From Alphaproteobacteria bacterium (lineage in GTDB: Bacteria > Pseudomonadota > Alphaproteobacteria > MPNO01 > UBA830), in NCBI GenBank assembly GCA_964291215.2, contig OZ219791.1, positions 960,001 through 1,024,000 on the forward strand: a DNA stretch of 64,000 bases, written 5' to 3'. Each line of letters begins with the position of its first letter. The first letter of the stretch is position 1. Made by a program: the position numbers and the translations under genes. Shown here piece after piece: positions 61,757 through 64,000 of the stretch. The notes under the pieces are model-generated. The model was not told the DNA's origin. It did not search any database and saw nothing but the letters and a program-made list of their open reading frames with translations.

Positions 61757-62010
61757 ATGGCTCTCACCCCTGCCGAGAAGCAGCGCCGTTATCGGGAACG
61801 CTGCAAATACCCGCCCACGGAAAGCCCTGTCGTTCCCGTGCGCAACGCTGGCGCGACGCGGTGGCTCGGTGCATTGCAGGAGCACTGTTGGGGCAGTCTC
61901 GACAATCTCCCCGCGCGACACGGCTTGCGGAGAATGTCTGCAGATCATTGTCGAGGCCGGCATCGAGGCTCTCGAGGAGATCGAACCGCCGCGCGGCTAC
62001 GGACGGGACA
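61757..62010 (+). pseudogene. eroded small MGE-associated hypothetical protein
   Basis: Frameshifted MALTPAEKQRRYRER...RAQRWRDAVA...LDNLP...IEPPRGYGRD. Confidence 0.45.
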
Positions 62011-62042
62011 CCCGGAACTCCATTGAACATGGTAACGTTATC

Positions 62043-63566
62043 GTAACTGCTCACCCCCTGGTTCCGGCTTGATGTCGGGGTAGAGCAACGAACGGGTTTT
62101 CGTGGAGGTTTGACACTGCAGGCCGATTCGTTTAGTGGTGGTTATCGAGAACGACGGGGACCGGCAGTGAGCTACTTTGGATCGAAGGCGACGAGCGGGC
62201 TGTGCCATCGGAGGCGGCGCGCTGATGAAGCGCAAGGCCGGGCAGCGGAGTACCGGAAGATGCCGCCGGGCGAGCGCCAGGCGATGCTCGCGACGATCAT
62301 GACCGTCGAGGCCGGGTGATGGCGACGGGCGGCGCGCGAGGAGTTCGAAGCGGCCAAGACTGCGGCGCTGCCGGCAAGGTGGCGGAAGAGGCCGTCATCC
62401 GCGTCCTCGTCATCCTGCTCGACATCCTCATCGTCGTCCTTCTGGAGAAGACCACGCACGAGCCGAAACTCCGGTCTGCCGCCGTCACAGACGGACAAGA
62501 GCGTGCCGGAAGCAACGGTAAGGGCCCGAAGCCGAACCGGCAGATGGGCGACAACCTGCGCAAGATCATCGTCGAGGAGACGGTCGCGGCCTGCGACGCC
62601 TGCGGCGCCGACGGCCCCGTCGATCGGGAGCGCCGCACGACATCGTGTTCGAGGTCGTCGAGCGCCGCGCCGAGATCAAGGAATGCCCGAAGTGCAAGGC
62701 CCGGTTCCCCGACAACATCCCGTGCAGTACGGCATCGGCATTCAGGCCCTCGTCATCAACCTGCTGGTCGCCCAAATGCTGTCCCTGCGCCGTCGCGCTC
62801 GTGCAGGCGATCTCCGGCATCAAGCTCTCCGAGGCCTCGGCTATGCTTTCACGATGCGTCATGGGAGGAGGCTGCCGTGGCGCACCTCCTGCAACGCCCG
62901 ATGTCGACGATTTCGGATCAACGGCAAGTGGCTTCATGTCGTGGGACCCTGACGTGCAAGTTCCCGCACCGCAAGCGCGGGCAAGAGATCGGCCCGTGCT
63001 ACAAGGGCGTCCTGGGCCTCGTACATGGGCCAGTGTAGCCACCAGCTGTGCGGAGCCACCTACTGCGCGAACTGACCTTTGTCGTCGAGGCTACCGCGCG
63101 ACTGATGAAGAGCCTGCTCCGCGAAGTCTGCCACAAGATCAACAAGAGCGCATCCAAGACCCTGAACGGGGCCGACCGCCGGGCCGTGCACAAGCGCTAC
63201 CGCACCATCAGGGCGCCAAGGAACTGCCCGACATCCCGCCGAAAGGAAAACGTGGACGCAAGTCCGACGCGCACAACCTGCACGAACGTCTCGTGAAACA
63301 CGAAAACCTGCGCTTCATAGACGACCCCGATGTCAGCTTCACCAACAATGCCGGAGAACAGAAGATCAGGATGGCAAAGGTCAAGGTGTCCGGATGCTTC
63401 CGCTCCACGCAAAAGCATGGTGCCGGGGCTCGAGCTACCTCACCTCCATGGCCGCACTCGGCTACAACCCACTCGTCGCCACCCAGATCGCCCTCGACGG
63501 AAAAGCCGCAGACATCATCAACGAGCACCACGACCAATCAGAACCCAACTAGGGGTGAGTAGATAC
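62043..63566 (+). mobile_element. MTase-carrying IS66 element copy C, fully delimited but internally deleted (MTase relic plus tnpC relic)
   Basis: TIRs GTAACTGCTCACCCC / GTATCTACTCACCCC. Perfect 8-bp TSD ACGTTATC (62035-62042 and 63567-63574). MTase ends YFGSKATSGLC...RKMPPGERQAMLA. tnpC features LLEKTT..NSGLPPSQTD, CxxC pairs, QYG.GI.A, SHLLREL, FTNNAGEQKIRMAKVK.SGCFRS. Confidence 0.92.
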
Positions 63567-64000
63567 ACGTTATCATGCCCGGGGACGCTGGGCGGCAAGG
63601 TGGCCGCGCTCACGTGACCAATGGACGGCAACCCGCCGCCGGGACCACAAGCTGCATGTCGCCTCGCTCGCAGGACATCGACAAGGCGGAACCCCGGACC
63701 GTCTGTGGACAACCACGGAAAACATCGCCGCGGACACCCGCAAAAACCTTGCCAGGAAACATGGATGCTCGTTCAGGGTCTTTGATCAAGGTGATCTCAT
63801 GCTTGTTGATGTGATCGGAGTCCTGATCGCGGCGCGGGTCGACGCGTTCGAGGCTGCGATTTTGAGATTTGCTGACGCGCTGTTGCGGCGCGGGGCACGA
63901 TTGGTCGGCGTATCCGGAGCGAGCGAGAGGCCTGCCGGGCTCGAAAGCCTGCGGTTTCTGTCGGGGAGAGAGGCGCGGTCAGCCGGGTCTTGTGATTGCG

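Noticed and set aside
1-64000. CRISPR array, tRNA/rRNA, prophage or integron
   Set aside because: No regularly spaced repeat-spacer units, cloverleaf or rRNA signatures, phage genes or integrase were recognised by eye.

Overview
GC-rich alphaproteobacterial chromosome segment, probably Rhodospirillales-like and possibly host-associated (inference from gene content and IS load). Blocks of intact genes alternate with four dense islands of nested, eroded mobile DNA at about 12.15-17.42, 23.3-29.5, 37.7-40.4 and 61.07-63.57 kb. The intact blocks are: N-formylglutamate amidohydrolase, GNAT and otsA; a Liv-type ABC transporter; an acyl-CoA dehydrogenase/CaiB/hydratase trio resembling itaconate-mesaconate catabolism; an amidohydrolase-GGT-aldolase cluster; a hydroxycinnamate-type CoA operon with a tripartite tricarboxylate transporter; and core genes clpB, aspS, rnd, hdaA, purMN, ndk, holC, pepA and lptFGD. 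The main candidate novel system is an IS66-family element that carries a D12/Dam-class DNA adenine methyltransferase gene overlapping the tnpC start, where tnpA/tnpB normally sit. It has three copies, one delimited by TIRs and an 8-bp TSD and one with an intact MTase. There is also a relic of a second lineage, and derivatives in which the same ends carry an NYN-nuclease fragment. Other observations: the IS relics are eroded by microhomology-bounded deletions; a 36-bp CTAG-centred palindrome inside IS256 was hit by two different ISs; DUF4338-IS4 elements target GCTAGC; and there are two MITE families with TSDs. All assignments are by eye from motifs and copy-to-copy comparison. No database search was run.
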